A DNA stretch of 60,193 bases from Burkholderiales bacterium (GCA_947462175.1 CANHOE010000001.1:1-60193), one strand, 5' to 3'; counted from the first letter of the stretch, positions 47,366 to 56,403 are shown. Notes: generated from the sequence alone by a model not told the origin. Numbers and translations: made by a program.

Positions 47366-47535
47366 AAGCGCTCTGAGCAGCAAGTTGTGTGCGCCGATGC
47401 GCCAGAAGATGGGATTCGGAAGTCGTGTGCAGCCACCCCTTTAAGTTAACTGCGGCATGTGACAGGCACATCACAGCCTGCGGGCATCCAGCGTGACCTT
47501 ACGGCTGTCACAAAAGAATCCTAGTGTTCGTGCCC

Positions 47536-48738
47536 ATGAAACGATACGAATCTACCGATGGAGCTACTGCGCCAGCTGAAGCGCTCACCTCCGAAAATTC
47601 GGCGCAAAGCGCACCGAAGCGGGCCTTGATTTCCGGTGTGACCGGACAGGATGGCGCTTACCTTAGCGAGTTGCTGCTGTCCAAGGGCTACGAAGTACAC
47701 GGCATCAAGCGCCGGGCCTCGTTGTTCAACACCGACCGTATCGACCACCTGTACCAGGATCCGCATGTCGATCATCAGCGCTTCATCCTGCACTATGGCG
47801 ACCTGACCGACAGCACCAACCTGACGCGCATCATCCAGCAGGTCCAACCCGACGAGATCTACAACCTGGCAGCAATGAGCCATGTGGGTGTGTCGTTCGA
47901 GATGCCCGAGTACACCGCCGATGCCGACGGCGTTGGCACCTTGCGCATCCTCGAAGCGCTGCGCCTGCTGGGCCTCGAGAAAAAGACCCGCTTCTATCAG
48001 GCGAGTACCAGTGAACTGTACGGTCTGGTGCAGGAAACTCCGCAGAAGGAGAGCACGCCGTTTTACCCGCGCAGCCCTTACGCCGTGGCCAAGCTCTACG
48101 CCTACTGGATCATGGTGAACTACCGCGAGGCCTACGGCATGTACGCCTGCAACGGCGTGCTGTTCAACCACGAGAGCCCGCTGCGCGGCGAAACTTTCGT
48201 CACTCGCAAGATCACACGTGCCATGGCGCGCATCGCCCTCGGCTTGCAGGACTGCCTGCACCTGGGAAACCTCGACGCCCTGCGCGACTGGGGCCACGCC
48301 AAGGATTTCGTCGAAATGCAGTGGTTGATGCTGCAACAGACCGAGCCCGAAGATTTCGTCATTGCGACCGGAGTTCAGCACAGCGTCCGGCAGTTTGCAG
48401 AGTACTCGGCTGCCGAGCTCGGCATCACGCTGGACTTCTCTGGGCATGGCCCGGAGGAAATCGGGGTCGTGGCGCGCATCGACGACATGCCCGCGGGAGC
48501 TCGGGCCACATGCAAGGTCGGCGACGTCGTCGTGCGAGTAGACCCGCGTTACTACCGGCCCACCGAAGTGCAGACGCTGCTCGGAGACCCCTCGAAGGCC
48601 AAGGCCAAGCTCGGTTGGGTGCCGAAAACCGACCTGCGCTCACTCGTGCGCGAGATGGTGGCGTGCGACTATGAATCGGCCCGGCGTGACTGTGTTCTGA
48701 AGTACGCCGGCTTCCCCACCTTTGAGTTTCACGAGTAA
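47536..48738 (+). CDS. gmd: GDP-mannose 4,6-dehydratase, long form
   Basis: It shows [77 protein letters not shown] and RDWGHA. About 30 aa of N-terminal leader precede the Rossmann motif, so the start is uncertain (GTG 47524 or ATG 47536). Confidence 0.9.
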   Translation: MKRYESTDGATAPAEALTSENSAQSAPKRALISGVTGQDGAYLSELLLSKGYEVHGIKRRASLFNTDRIDHLYQDPHVDHQRFILHYGDLTDSTNLTRIIQQVQPDEIYNLAAMSHVGVSFEMPEYTADADGVGTLRILEALRLLGLEKKTRFYQASTSELYGLVQETPQKESTPFYPRSPYAVAKLYAYWIMVNYREAYGMYACNGVLFNHESPLRGETFVTRKITRAMARIALGLQDCLHLGNLDALRDWGHAKDFVEMQWLMLQQTEPEDFVIATGVQHSVRQFAEYSAAELGITLDFSGHGPEEIGVVARIDDMPAGARATCKVGDVVVRVDPRYYRPTEVQTLLGDPSKAKAKLGWVPKTDLRSLVREMVACDYESARRDCVLKYAGFPTFEFHE

Positions 48739-48789
48739 AGGTCAAAGAGCGGGGCGATGAGGTCGCTTTGCAGGCCTCATAGCTCTCCG

Positions 48790-48806
48790 GTAACTCGATG
48801 AGTTAC
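48790..48806. terminator. Short perfect hairpin GTAACTC-GAT-GAGTTAC between convergent genes
   Basis: The stem is 7 bp with a 3-nt loop. It directly abuts the stop of the minus-strand PEP-CTERM gene. This is weak. Confidence 0.3.
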
Positions 48807-50909
48807 TCAGCTGAGGCGTCGCCGCTTGTACAACATGCCCATGCAGCCCAAGCCGGCAAGCAGCAATGCCACGCTCGGAGGTAACGGCACCGGCGAGATG
48901 TCGGTATAGGTGCCGTCGAAGCGGTAGCCGGCTCCCGCACCGTTGATGGTCAGGCCCGCGATCAGCGCCAGAAAGTTGCCATCGGTGGTCACATCGCCAA
49001 GGATGCGGATCGCATAGTCTGGCGACAAGGAAACGACGTAGTCGAAAAGGGTGAGGGTTCGCCCGGCAAGGACGCTACCCAGGGCGTTGAAGGTCAGCGA
49101 AGAGCCGCCCAGATCGATGACCGAGTTGGCGGCGAGCAACAGGCTGGAGAAGGTCTGGCCGTTCGCCCCACCTGCATTCGTGAGCTTCAAGGTGCCGCCG
49201 CCTAGCGACAGCGTGCTTGCTGACGACAGGCGGTTTGCGCCGTTCAACACCATGGCGCCACCATTGACATTGGTGGTGCCGCTGTAGCTGCTGGAGCCCG
49301 ACAGGGTGACCGTGCCACTTTGTACTTCGACACTGCTGAAATTCGACAGCGAGCCGGAGTAGCTGAAGCTGTTGCCGGTGCCAGGGTGGATGACGATGGT
49401 GTTGTTGGCGCTGCTGCCACCGTCAATGTCACCGATCACCGAGGCCTGGCCGCCGGCGATGGTCAACGCGGTGGCACCGCTGCCACCCTGGAAGGCCTTG
49501 CCGCTGCTGGAGCCGTCTATCGTGCCGGCGTTGACGACTGTGCTCCCGTCGGCACCGGTGCGGATGGCTGCCGCGGTGCTGCTGCCGCCCTGTATCGTGG
49601 CGCCTGTGTTGTTGGTGATGCTCACCGTGTAGACGCTGGCCGCCCCTTCGACGACGATCGCGGAATCGTTTTGCCCGCGGATCAGGCCGCCGGCGTTATT
49701 GATGACCACTGCATTCCCATACAGACCCTCGCGGGTGCCTGCGAGCGGTCCGGCGGTGATGTCGTTTCCGGAGAGGGTGATGCCGCGACCGAATGCGTTG
49801 CTGTTGCCGGAGGCCACGAGGCCTTCGATGGTGCCGCTGTTGGTGATCGTGCCGCCACCTACCGTGATGCCTTCGCTGTAGGCGGCCACGCCGGCGCTGA
49901 AGGAGTTGAGCGAGCGGATGATGCCGCTGTTGGTGAGGTTGACGATGCCGTCGATGTCGATGCCGTCACCGTCGCCGCTGACACCGTTGCCGCGGATCAG
50001 GCCTGTGTTGACGATGGTGGCGGTTTGCAGCGCGTTGAGGCCGTCCAGGTTGATGCCTGAGCCGTTGCTGCCGTAGATGTTGCCGTTGTTGTTGATGGTG
50101 CTGAGGAAGGACGCCGAAGCGTTTGCCTGCCCCCCTGTGATGCCGTGTCGGCCGCCGGTGACAGTGCCGCTGGCAAAGTTGTTCACCGTGGCGCCCGTGG
50201 CATTGTTCTGGAGGTCGATCCCATCACTGCTGCTGCCGGTGGTCGTGGTGGCGAGGATGCTGCCGTGGTTGTTCACCACGCCGTTCACGCCCGGGCGAAC
50301 GGCATCGGCGTCACGTGCCTGCAGCACGCCCGTGCTGTAGTTGTTGACGATATTGGCACCTGTGGCGATGGCGTTGAAATCGACAGCCTGATTCCCACCA
50401 GCCGACGCGTTGTTCGACAGCAGGGTGCCGTAGTTGTTCAACGTCACGCTGCCGCCAGCGACGTTCATCTGGAACACATCGCCGTCGGCCGATTGCATCA
50501 AGGCGGTCGAGTTCGTGATGCTGCCGTTGGTCACCAGCAGGCCGGTCGCTGCGGCGTTGCTGCGCAGCACGCGGCCGGTGCCGGTTTGCAAGATGCGGCC
50601 CAGGTTCACGACGCTGGCGCCGTTGCCGGTGAAGCCGACGGCGACGTTGGAGCCAGTGACTGACAACGTCGCACCGGCGGCCACGCTGCCAGTTTCGTTG
50701 GCCGCCAGCGTTTGCGCGTTGTTGACTGTGCCGCTGATGATGTTGAAGGAGAGGGCGGACGCACCAGGGGTTGCAAAAGCAAGTGACAGTGCGGCCATGA
50801 CCGGCAGCAGCTCAAACCGTTGTTTGGTAACGAGTCGAGAGTGGAAAGTGCCGACAACCTGCGGTTGCAAGAACTTGGCGTCAGCAGGGCATGTCTTCGA
50901 AATGGGCAT
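48807..50909 (-). CDS. Large PEP-CTERM protein with a beta-helix / autotransporter-associated beta-strand (PATR-like) repeat passenger
   Basis: It has a signal peptide (LLPVMAALSLAFATPGASA). The body is about 600 aa of Gly/Asn/Thr/Ser/Ala-rich repeats, including PATR-like units (GTVTLSGSSSYSGTTNVNGGAMVLNG...GGGTLKLTN). The C-terminal sorting signal is VPLPPSVALLLAGLGCMGMLYKRRR. The start is placed at ATG 50909. Confidence 0.8.
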   Translation of the reverse strand: MPISKTCPADAKFLQPQVVGTFHSRLVTKQRFELLPVMAALSLAFATPGASALSFNIISGTVNNAQTLAANETGSVAAGATLSVTGSNVAVGFTGNGASVVNLGRILQTGTGRVLRSNAAATGLLVTNGSITNSTALMQSADGDVFQMNVAGGSVTLNNYGTLLSNNASAGGNQAVDFNAIATGANIVNNYSTGVLQARDADAVRPGVNGVVNNHGSILATTTTGSSSDGIDLQNNATGATVNNFASGTVTGGRHGITGGQANASASFLSTINNNGNIYGSNGSGINLDGLNALQTATIVNTGLIRGNGVSGDGDGIDIDGIVNLTNSGIIRSLNSFSAGVAAYSEGITVGGGTITNSGTIEGLVASGNSNAFGRGITLSGNDITAGPLAGTREGLYGNAVVINNAGGLIRGQNDSAIVVEGAASVYTVSITNNTGATIQGGSSTAAAIRTGADGSTVVNAGTIDGSSSGKAFQGGSGATALTIAGGQASVIGDIDGGSSANNTIVIHPGTGNSFSYSGSLSNFSSVEVQSGTVTLSGSSSYSGTTNVNGGAMVLNGANRLSSASTLSLGGGTLKLTNAGGANGQTFSSLLLAANSVIDLGGSSLTFNALGSVLAGRTLTLFDYVVSLSPDYAIRILGDVTTDGNFLALIAGLTINGAGAGYRFDGTYTDISPVPLPPSVALLLAGLGCMGMLYKRRRLS
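48810..48890 (-). other. PEP-CTERM sorting signal (VPLPPS + TM + KRRR)
   Basis: This is the last 27 codons of the 700-aa ORF. Confidence 0.75.
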
Positions 50910-51324
50910 GAGGAAATCCGGGTTCTGAGATTCACCCTCAATCCAGCGAAGAGGGGTCGGCGAGTATTCGAAGAACTGACTGAACTGAAGCGCCTGCAAG
51001 CGTCCTCGTAGCCCACGGCTTGGTTTGGGGCGCACGCAGGGCTCATGAAGACCTGGAACATTGAAGCGCGCCACAGTGACGCAGTGGTGTCACTCGGCAT
51101 AGCCCGTTTGCCTTTTCTGGCGCCCCGCACCTCGCCGCCGATTCACCGGTCCCGCCTGCCGCGGCCAGGCAGATCCGATGCAATCGGACAAGTGCCGTCA
51201 CTGCAAATGGCCACACCAAGCGACCCCTTCAGCCCGTAGCTGATACGTTCGGACTACGGCCGGCGACTTGAGCACGTCACGGGGATCCGCCAGCATTGCG
51301 TGCAGCAAGGGCGAAATGGCGACC

Positions 51325-52635
51325 ATGAAGATCGTTTTAGTGAGCATGAACTTCAGCCCGGAGCTCACGGGTGTTGGCAAGTATTCCGGCGAAATGGCCG
51401 ACGGTCTCATCGCACGCGGTCACGAGGTGAGCGTGGTCTGTGCACCCCCGTATTACCCAACCTGGAAAGTGGCGCCTGGACACTCGGGGGCTGCCTATCG
51501 GGTCGAGCAGCCAAAGCCCGGCTTGACGGTCTACCGCTGCCCCATCTGGATCCCGAAACGTCTGGGTGGGCTGACCCGGCTGCTCCATTTGGCCAGCTTT
51601 GCGCTGAGCAGCATGCCCGTCGTGCTCAGGTTGGTCGGCTGGCAACCACGCGTCGTGCTGGTGGTGGCGCCCGGCTTCTTCTGTGCTCCGGTGGCATGGT
51701 TGGCTGCCCGGCTGGCTGGTGCCAAAGCGTGGTTGCACATCCAGGATTTCGAGATCGATGCAGCGTTCGAGTTGGGGCTTCTGAAGCAGCCTTGGCTGCG
51801 CAGCATGGCCAAGCGTGCCGAACGGGTGATGTTGCGTCGCTTCGACGCGGTGTCCACCATTTCCAGTCGCATGCTGCGCTTGTTGGCTGCCAAGGGCGTA
51901 CCGATGCAGAAAACAGAGATGTTGCCCAACTGGGTCGATGCGTCTGCCCTCAGCGCGGCCGATGGTTCGGTCGAACTTCGTCAGTCCCTGGGCATCGACC
52001 CCGGGCAGATTGTTTGCCTGTTCTCCGGCACGATCAACCGAAAGCAGGGGCTCGGCGTCCTCGTGGAAGCTGCCCGCTTGCTGAGTGGAGACCCTCGCGT
52101 TGTGATCGTCATCTGTGGCAACGGCGAAATGCGAGTCTCGCTCGAGGCTGCTGCTCGTGGCTTGCCCAACGTGCGATTCATCGACCTGATGCCCGCGGCA
52201 AGACTGAGCGCACTGCTGAACATGGCAGACATCCATCTGCTGCCCCAACTGCGAGGAGCGGCGGATCTGGTGATGCCGTCGAAACTTGGGGGCATGCTTG
52301 CCAGCGCTCGGCCCGTGATTGCGTCGGCGACGCCTGGTACCGAGATTGCGTCCATCGTCATCGCCTGCGGGCTGCTGACGGAACCTGAGTCTGCAGACGA
52401 TTTTGCGCAGGCGATCGCGACGCTTGCTGTCGATGCGGAACGCCGTCACCGACTCGGCGCAAACGGTCGCGCGTATGCTCATCGCGTGCTCGATTCGAAG
52501 GGTATCTTCGACCGCCTCGACGTCAGCCTTGCAGCCCTCGAGCAACGACCCGAGGAAAGTTTGCTGCCGGGGCTCGGGCTCGGGCGTCAACCCGTCCTCG
52601 GAACTACGGCCAGGGCGCCACAACGCGCGCGGTAA
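51325..52635 (+). CDS. WcaI-like glycosyltransferase (GT4)
   Basis: The N-terminus is typical of the WcaI family (MKIVLVSMNFSPELTGVGKYSGEMADGLIARGHEVSVVCAPPYYPTWKV). Confidence 0.85.
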   Translation: MKIVLVSMNFSPELTGVGKYSGEMADGLIARGHEVSVVCAPPYYPTWKVAPGHSGAAYRVEQPKPGLTVYRCPIWIPKRLGGLTRLLHLASFALSSMPVVLRLVGWQPRVVLVVAPGFFCAPVAWLAARLAGAKAWLHIQDFEIDAAFELGLLKQPWLRSMAKRAERVMLRRFDAVSTISSRMLRLLAAKGVPMQKTEMLPNWVDASALSAADGSVELRQSLGIDPGQIVCLFSGTINRKQGLGVLVEAARLLSGDPRVVIVICGNGEMRVSLEAAARGLPNVRFIDLMPAARLSALLNMADIHLLPQLRGAADLVMPSKLGGMLASARPVIASATPGTEIASIVIACGLLTEPESADDFAQAIATLAVDAERRHRLGANGRAYAHRVLDSKGIFDRLDVSLAALEQRPEESLLPGLGLGRQPVLGTTARAPQRAR

Positions 52636-52813
52636 GGACCCTTTGGCGCTATCGCAACCGTGATCGCGGCGGTCAACGCGCCGCTGCCGCCCGATAGTCT
52701 CCTGGATTGTTGGTCACGTTCGCAGTCCTCCTCAAGGCCCGATTCCTCGTCGGCCCTGGGGCAGACCCTAAACTCGCACGCTGTTCAACAGTTCAGTGTC
52801 GCGGAGTGCGTGG

Positions 52814-53530
52814 ATGGAGAAAAGCGTGGCGAACCGGCCACCCGCAGTGGTGCTTCTGAGCGGAGGGCTCGATTCCTCGACCGTGCTGGCGATCGCGCGC
52901 GAACGGGGGTTTGATCCCTGCGCGCTGAGTTTTCGCTATGGGCAGCGGCATGTGCAGGAGCTGAATGCGGCCGATGTGATCGTGCGCAGCCAGGGCGTGT
53001 CGAAGCATGTCACCGCGCAGATCGATCTGCGCGCCTTCGGCGCCTCGGCGCTGACCGCCGACATCGCCGTGCCGAAGGACCGAAGCGCTGACGAGATGTC
53101 GCACGGCATCCCGATCACCTACGTGCCGGCGCGCAACACCGTGTTCCTCAGCTTCGCACTGGCCTGGGCGGAAACGCTGGGCTCGACCGACATCTTCATC
53201 GGTGTGAATGCCCTCGACTATTCCGGTTATCCGGATTGCCGGCCCGACTACATCGCGGCCTTCGAAACGATGGCCAATCTGGCCACCCGCGCTGGCGTCG
53301 AAGGCACGCAGCGCCTGAAGGTCCACGCGCCGCTGATCGCGATGAGCAAGGCGCAGATCATCCAGGAGGGTCTGCGCCTGGGCGTCGACTACGCGCAGAC
53401 CAGCAGTTGCTACGACCCGGGCGCTGATGGCAGGCCATGCGGTGGATGCGACTCCTGCGTGCTGCGTGCCAAGGGCTTCGCCGAGGCGGGCTCCGTCGAT
53501 CCGCTGCTCGTGCGTTTCGGGTTGGTCTGA
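52814..53530 (+). CDS. queC: 7-cyano-7-deazaguanine synthase
   Basis: It has the PP-loop ([13 protein letters not shown]) and the C-terminal Zn cysteine cluster ([17 protein letters not shown]). Confidence 0.9.
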   Translation: MEKSVANRPPAVVLLSGGLDSSTVLAIARERGFDPCALSFRYGQRHVQELNAADVIVRSQGVSKHVTAQIDLRAFGASALTADIAVPKDRSADEMSHGIPITYVPARNTVFLSFALAWAETLGSTDIFIGVNALDYSGYPDCRPDYIAAFETMANLATRAGVEGTQRLKVHAPLIAMSKAQIIQEGLRLGVDYAQTSSCYDPGADGRPCGGCDSCVLRAKGFAEAGSVDPLLVRFGLV

Positions 53531-53532
53531 GC

Positions 53533-54639
53533 GTGACCACGTCCTTGCCCACAAGCACGGTGTTCTGTGCGCAGACCGGTTTCGAGGCCGCGCGGCAGAT
53601 CGAGGCCTTGCCCGCAGGGCATCCCTCGGGCCGCTTGCACGGCCACGGATTCGTCGCCAAGTTGCGCTGTGCGCTGCCTGCAGGCTGGGCGGCGTTTCCG
53701 GGTGGCGAAGTCGAGCGCTTGCGCGACCAGCTCCAAGCCGGTGCGGCGCTGCTCGACCATCGCTTGCTCAACGAGCAGGTGTCCAACCCGACCGATGCGC
53801 ATCTGGCGCGCTGGTTGCGCGACCGGCTTGATCTGCCCGGCCCGGTCGCGATCGGCGTGCAAAGCACTGCGCAGCGGGGCGCCCAGCTCGATGCAGCGGG
53901 CCGCGTCATGCTGTGGCGCCGCTATGCGTTCCAGTCGGCACACTGGTTGCCGAATGTGCCGCTGGGCCACAAATGCGGAAAGATGCATGGGCACGGCTTT
54001 GAGGCCGTGCTGCATGTGCGTGCAAGCGCCTCAGCCGGTGACACCAGCCTCAGTCACGACGACCTCGATGCGATCTGGGCACCACTGCACAGCCAGCTGA
54101 ACTACGGCTGCCTGAACGACCTGCCCGGCCTCGCCAATCCGACAAGCGAATTGCTCGCCAGCTGGCTGTGGGAGCGCATGGCGCCGCAGTTGTCAGGTCT
54201 GGCGACCGTCACCGTGTACGAGACCGGCAGTTGCGGTGCGGTGTTCGACGGCGTGCTCCACCGCATCTGGAAGGAGATGACTTTGGACGCCGCAGTGCAA
54301 CTGCGGCAGGCGCCCGACGGCAGCGGTTTGCGCCGCCTGCACGGCCACACCTACACGATGCGTCTGCATCTGGCGGCACCGCTCGATGATCTGCTGGGCT
54401 GGGCGGTGGATTTCGGCGACGTGAAGTCGGCGTTCAATCCGATATTCCGGCAGCTCGATCACCAACCCATCCATGAAATTGCCGAGCTCGCCGATGGCGA
54501 CACGGCGCGCATCGCAGGCTGGATCGCGCAGCAGGCACGCCGCGAGTTGCCTCAGCTCGACCGGGTCGATCTGTTCGAAACCCCCGGGTGCGGCGCCATC
54601 GTGGCGGTGGGCGGCGTCACGCTGACCGGGCCCATGTGA
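53533..54639 (+). CDS. queD: 6-carboxytetrahydropterin synthase (QueD/PTPS family), triple tandem T-fold fusion
   Basis: GTG 53533 lies 2 nt after the queC stop. Three successive segments of about 120 aa each are PTPS-like and carry an HGH motif (RLHGHGF, KMHGHGF, RLHGHTY). The middle one matches canonical QueD closely (FQSAHWLPNVPLGHKCGKMHGHGF...LNDLPGLANPTSELLASWLW...VYETGSCG). Confidence 0.8.
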   Translation: MTTSLPTSTVFCAQTGFEAARQIEALPAGHPSGRLHGHGFVAKLRCALPAGWAAFPGGEVERLRDQLQAGAALLDHRLLNEQVSNPTDAHLARWLRDRLDLPGPVAIGVQSTAQRGAQLDAAGRVMLWRRYAFQSAHWLPNVPLGHKCGKMHGHGFEAVLHVRASASAGDTSLSHDDLDAIWAPLHSQLNYGCLNDLPGLANPTSELLASWLWERMAPQLSGLATVTVYETGSCGAVFDGVLHRIWKEMTLDAAVQLRQAPDGSGLRRLHGHTYTMRLHLAAPLDDLLGWAVDFGDVKSAFNPIFRQLDHQPIHEIAELADGDTARIAGWIAQQARRELPQLDRVDLFETPGCGAIVAVGGVTLTGPM

Positions 54640-54655
54640 CCATGAGCCATCGCCC

Positions 54656-55291
54656 ATGACCTACTCCGTCAAGGAGGCCTACTACACGCTGCAAGGCGAG
54701 GGCGGCCAGAGCGGGCGCGCGGCGGTGTTCTGTCGCTTTGCCGGCTGCAACCTCTGGTCGGGCCGTGAGGTCGATCGCGCCACTGCGGTGTGCAGCTTCT
54801 GCGATACCGATTTCGTCGGTACCGATGGCCCGGGCGGCGGCAAGTTCGACACCCCCGTTGCGCTGGCCAAACACATCGCGCAGCACTGGCCTGCGGGCTT
54901 GCCCGGCAGGCCGCTGGTGGTGTGCACCGGCGGCGAGCCGCTGCTGCAGCTCGACGAGCCGCTGATCGACGCACTGCACGCGCTGGGCTTCGAGGTCGCC
55001 GTCGAAACCAATGGCACGCAGCCGGCCCCTGCGGGCCTGGACTGGATCTGCGTCAGCCCGAAGGCCGATGCGCCATTGGTGCTGACGCGCGGCCATGAGC
55101 TGAAGCTGGTCTACCCGCAACCTGCCGCGCTGCCCGAGCGCTTCGCAGCGCTCGACTTCGAGCTCTTTTTTCTGCAGCCGATGGACGGCCTCGAACAGCG
55201 CCGCAACACGCGGCTGGCCATCGATTACTGTCTCGCGCATCCGCAATGGCGGCTCAGCGTGCAGACGCACAAGACCGTGGGCATCCCCTGA
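54656..55291 (+). CDS. queE: 7-carboxy-7-deazaguanine synthase (radical SAM), short Burkholderia-type
   Basis: It shows [43 protein letters not shown] and FLQPMDG. Confidence 0.9.
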   Translation: MTYSVKEAYYTLQGEGGQSGRAAVFCRFAGCNLWSGREVDRATAVCSFCDTDFVGTDGPGGGKFDTPVALAKHIAQHWPAGLPGRPLVVCTGGEPLLQLDEPLIDALHALGFEVAVETNGTQPAPAGLDWICVSPKADAPLVLTRGHELKLVYPQPAALPERFAALDFELFFLQPMDGLEQRRNTRLAIDYCLAHPQWRLSVQTHKTVGIP

Positions 55292-55314
55292 CTTCTTCTC
55301 AACGAGTTCCCGCC

Positions 55315-55797
55315 ATGTCGCGAAACACCAAGAACATCAAACCCGAACCCTCTCGGCAACGCGCCGCGCCGATCAATCCGCCGACCGCGCCTTCGAAAGA
55401 CCTGCATGTGTTTCCGAACCCGGCCCCGGAGCGTGACTACGCGATCCAGTTCCAGATTCCCGAGTTCACGTGCCTGTGCCCGCTGACCGGCCAGCCGGAC
55501 TACGCGCACTTCGTGATCGACATGGTGGCCGACAAGCTCTGCGTCGAACTCAAGAGCCTGAAGATGTACATGTGGAGCTTCCGCAACGAGGGCGCCTTCC
55601 ACGAGAAGGTGACCAACGACATCCTGACCAAGATCGTCGCCGTCACCCAGCCGCGCTACGCGCGCATCACGGCGCGCTGGTATGTGCGCGGCGGCATCTA
55701 CACCAACGTGGTGGCCGAGCACCGCAAGAAGGGCTGGAAGCCCGCGACGCCGGTGGTGCTGCCCGAGCATCCCGGCGAGACCGGCCTGCGTGGCTGA
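55315..55797 (+). CDS. queF: NADPH-dependent 7-cyano-7-deazaguanine reductase (unimodular type)
   Basis: It has the catalytic Cys motif [15 protein letters not shown] and the QueF motif [20 protein letters not shown]. Confidence 0.9.
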   Translation: MSRNTKNIKPEPSRQRAAPINPPTAPSKDLHVFPNPAPERDYAIQFQIPEFTCLCPLTGQPDYAHFVIDMVADKLCVELKSLKMYMWSFRNEGAFHEKVTNDILTKIVAVTQPRYARITARWYVRGGIYTNVVAEHRKKGWKPATPVVLPEHPGETGLRG

Positions 55798-55804
55798 GCG
55801 GGCG

Positions 55805-56362
55805 ATGCACAACGCCCGACGTCTGCTGGCTGCCCTGTGGCTGTGTGCCTGCGGCACCAGTCAAGCCCTCGTGCTGCCCGACGGCTTGGCCATCGATCCG
55901 CCTGCATCGATCGACCTGACGCAGCAAGTCGTCCCGTCGGTGAACCAGCAGAAGCAGGTGCTTGCGGCGTGGGACGGCGACACCTTGCGCTACCTGATCA
56001 CCGTGGAAAAACTGCCATCGGACGCGCCGCAGGCCCAAGCCTATTTCTACCAACTGGTGGCCGATCTGCGTGCTGCAGACACCGTCGTCGAGACCGGCAA
56101 GCGCGGCGAGTACCAGTCAGCGTCGGGCTGGCGCGGCAACTACGTGGTGCTGAAGTCGCATGCAAAGACGCAATCGCGCGTTGACCTGACGGTGGCCCAC
56201 TATGTCACCGACGGCAAGGTCGCCTTCGTGGCATTCGCCCGGCAGATTGGCGCCGCCTCGGCCGATCCGCTCATCGACGAAACGGTCAGCCTGTTCCAGA
56301 CGGCCCACCTCGGCATCCCCGAAGTGCCAGCCGCCGAGCCAGCGAGCGCAGGCAAGCCCTAG
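55805..56362 (+). CDS. Hypothetical secreted protein or lipoprotein
   Basis: It has a signal peptide (MHNARRLLAALWLCACGTSQA). No family was recognised. Confidence 0.5.
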   Translation: MHNARRLLAALWLCACGTSQALVLPDGLAIDPPASIDLTQQVVPSVNQQKQVLAAWDGDTLRYLITVEKLPSDAPQAQAYFYQLVADLRAADTVVETGKRGEYQSASGWRGNYVVLKSHAKTQSRVDLTVAHYVTDGKVAFVAFARQIGAASADPLIDETVSLFQTAHLGIPEVPAAEPASAGKP

Positions 56363-56403
56363 GGCGGTTCTGAGAAACGGGGAGCGGACAGCGGCGCGTT
56401 GTG

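Noticed and set aside
47458-47475. CRP/FNR-type site, TGTGA-N8-TCACA.
   Set aside because: The half-sites match CRP, but the spacer is 8 nt rather than the canonical 6. It is kept only as an unassigned palindrome in the findings.
51045-51410. Short ORFs in the 415-nt intergenic region: 51045..51239 (+, 64 aa) and 51198..51410 (-, 70 aa).
   Set aside because: They have no RBS and odd composition. One overlaps the wcaI start. I treat the region as non-coding.
52636-52813. preQ1 riboswitch in the 178-nt leader of queC.
   Set aside because: I could not find the short P1 hairpin followed by the A-rich ...AAAAAACUA... tail characteristic of preQ1-I, or any convincing pseudoknot. Only a weak GGG-GCAGA-CCC-TAAACT resemblance is present. 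A covariance-model scan (Rfam RF00522, RF01054, RF02680) is needed to decide.
52660-52914. 84-aa ORF upstream of and overlapping the queC start.
   Set aside because: It overlaps the queC start region in another frame. It has no recognisable domain or convincing ribosome-binding site.
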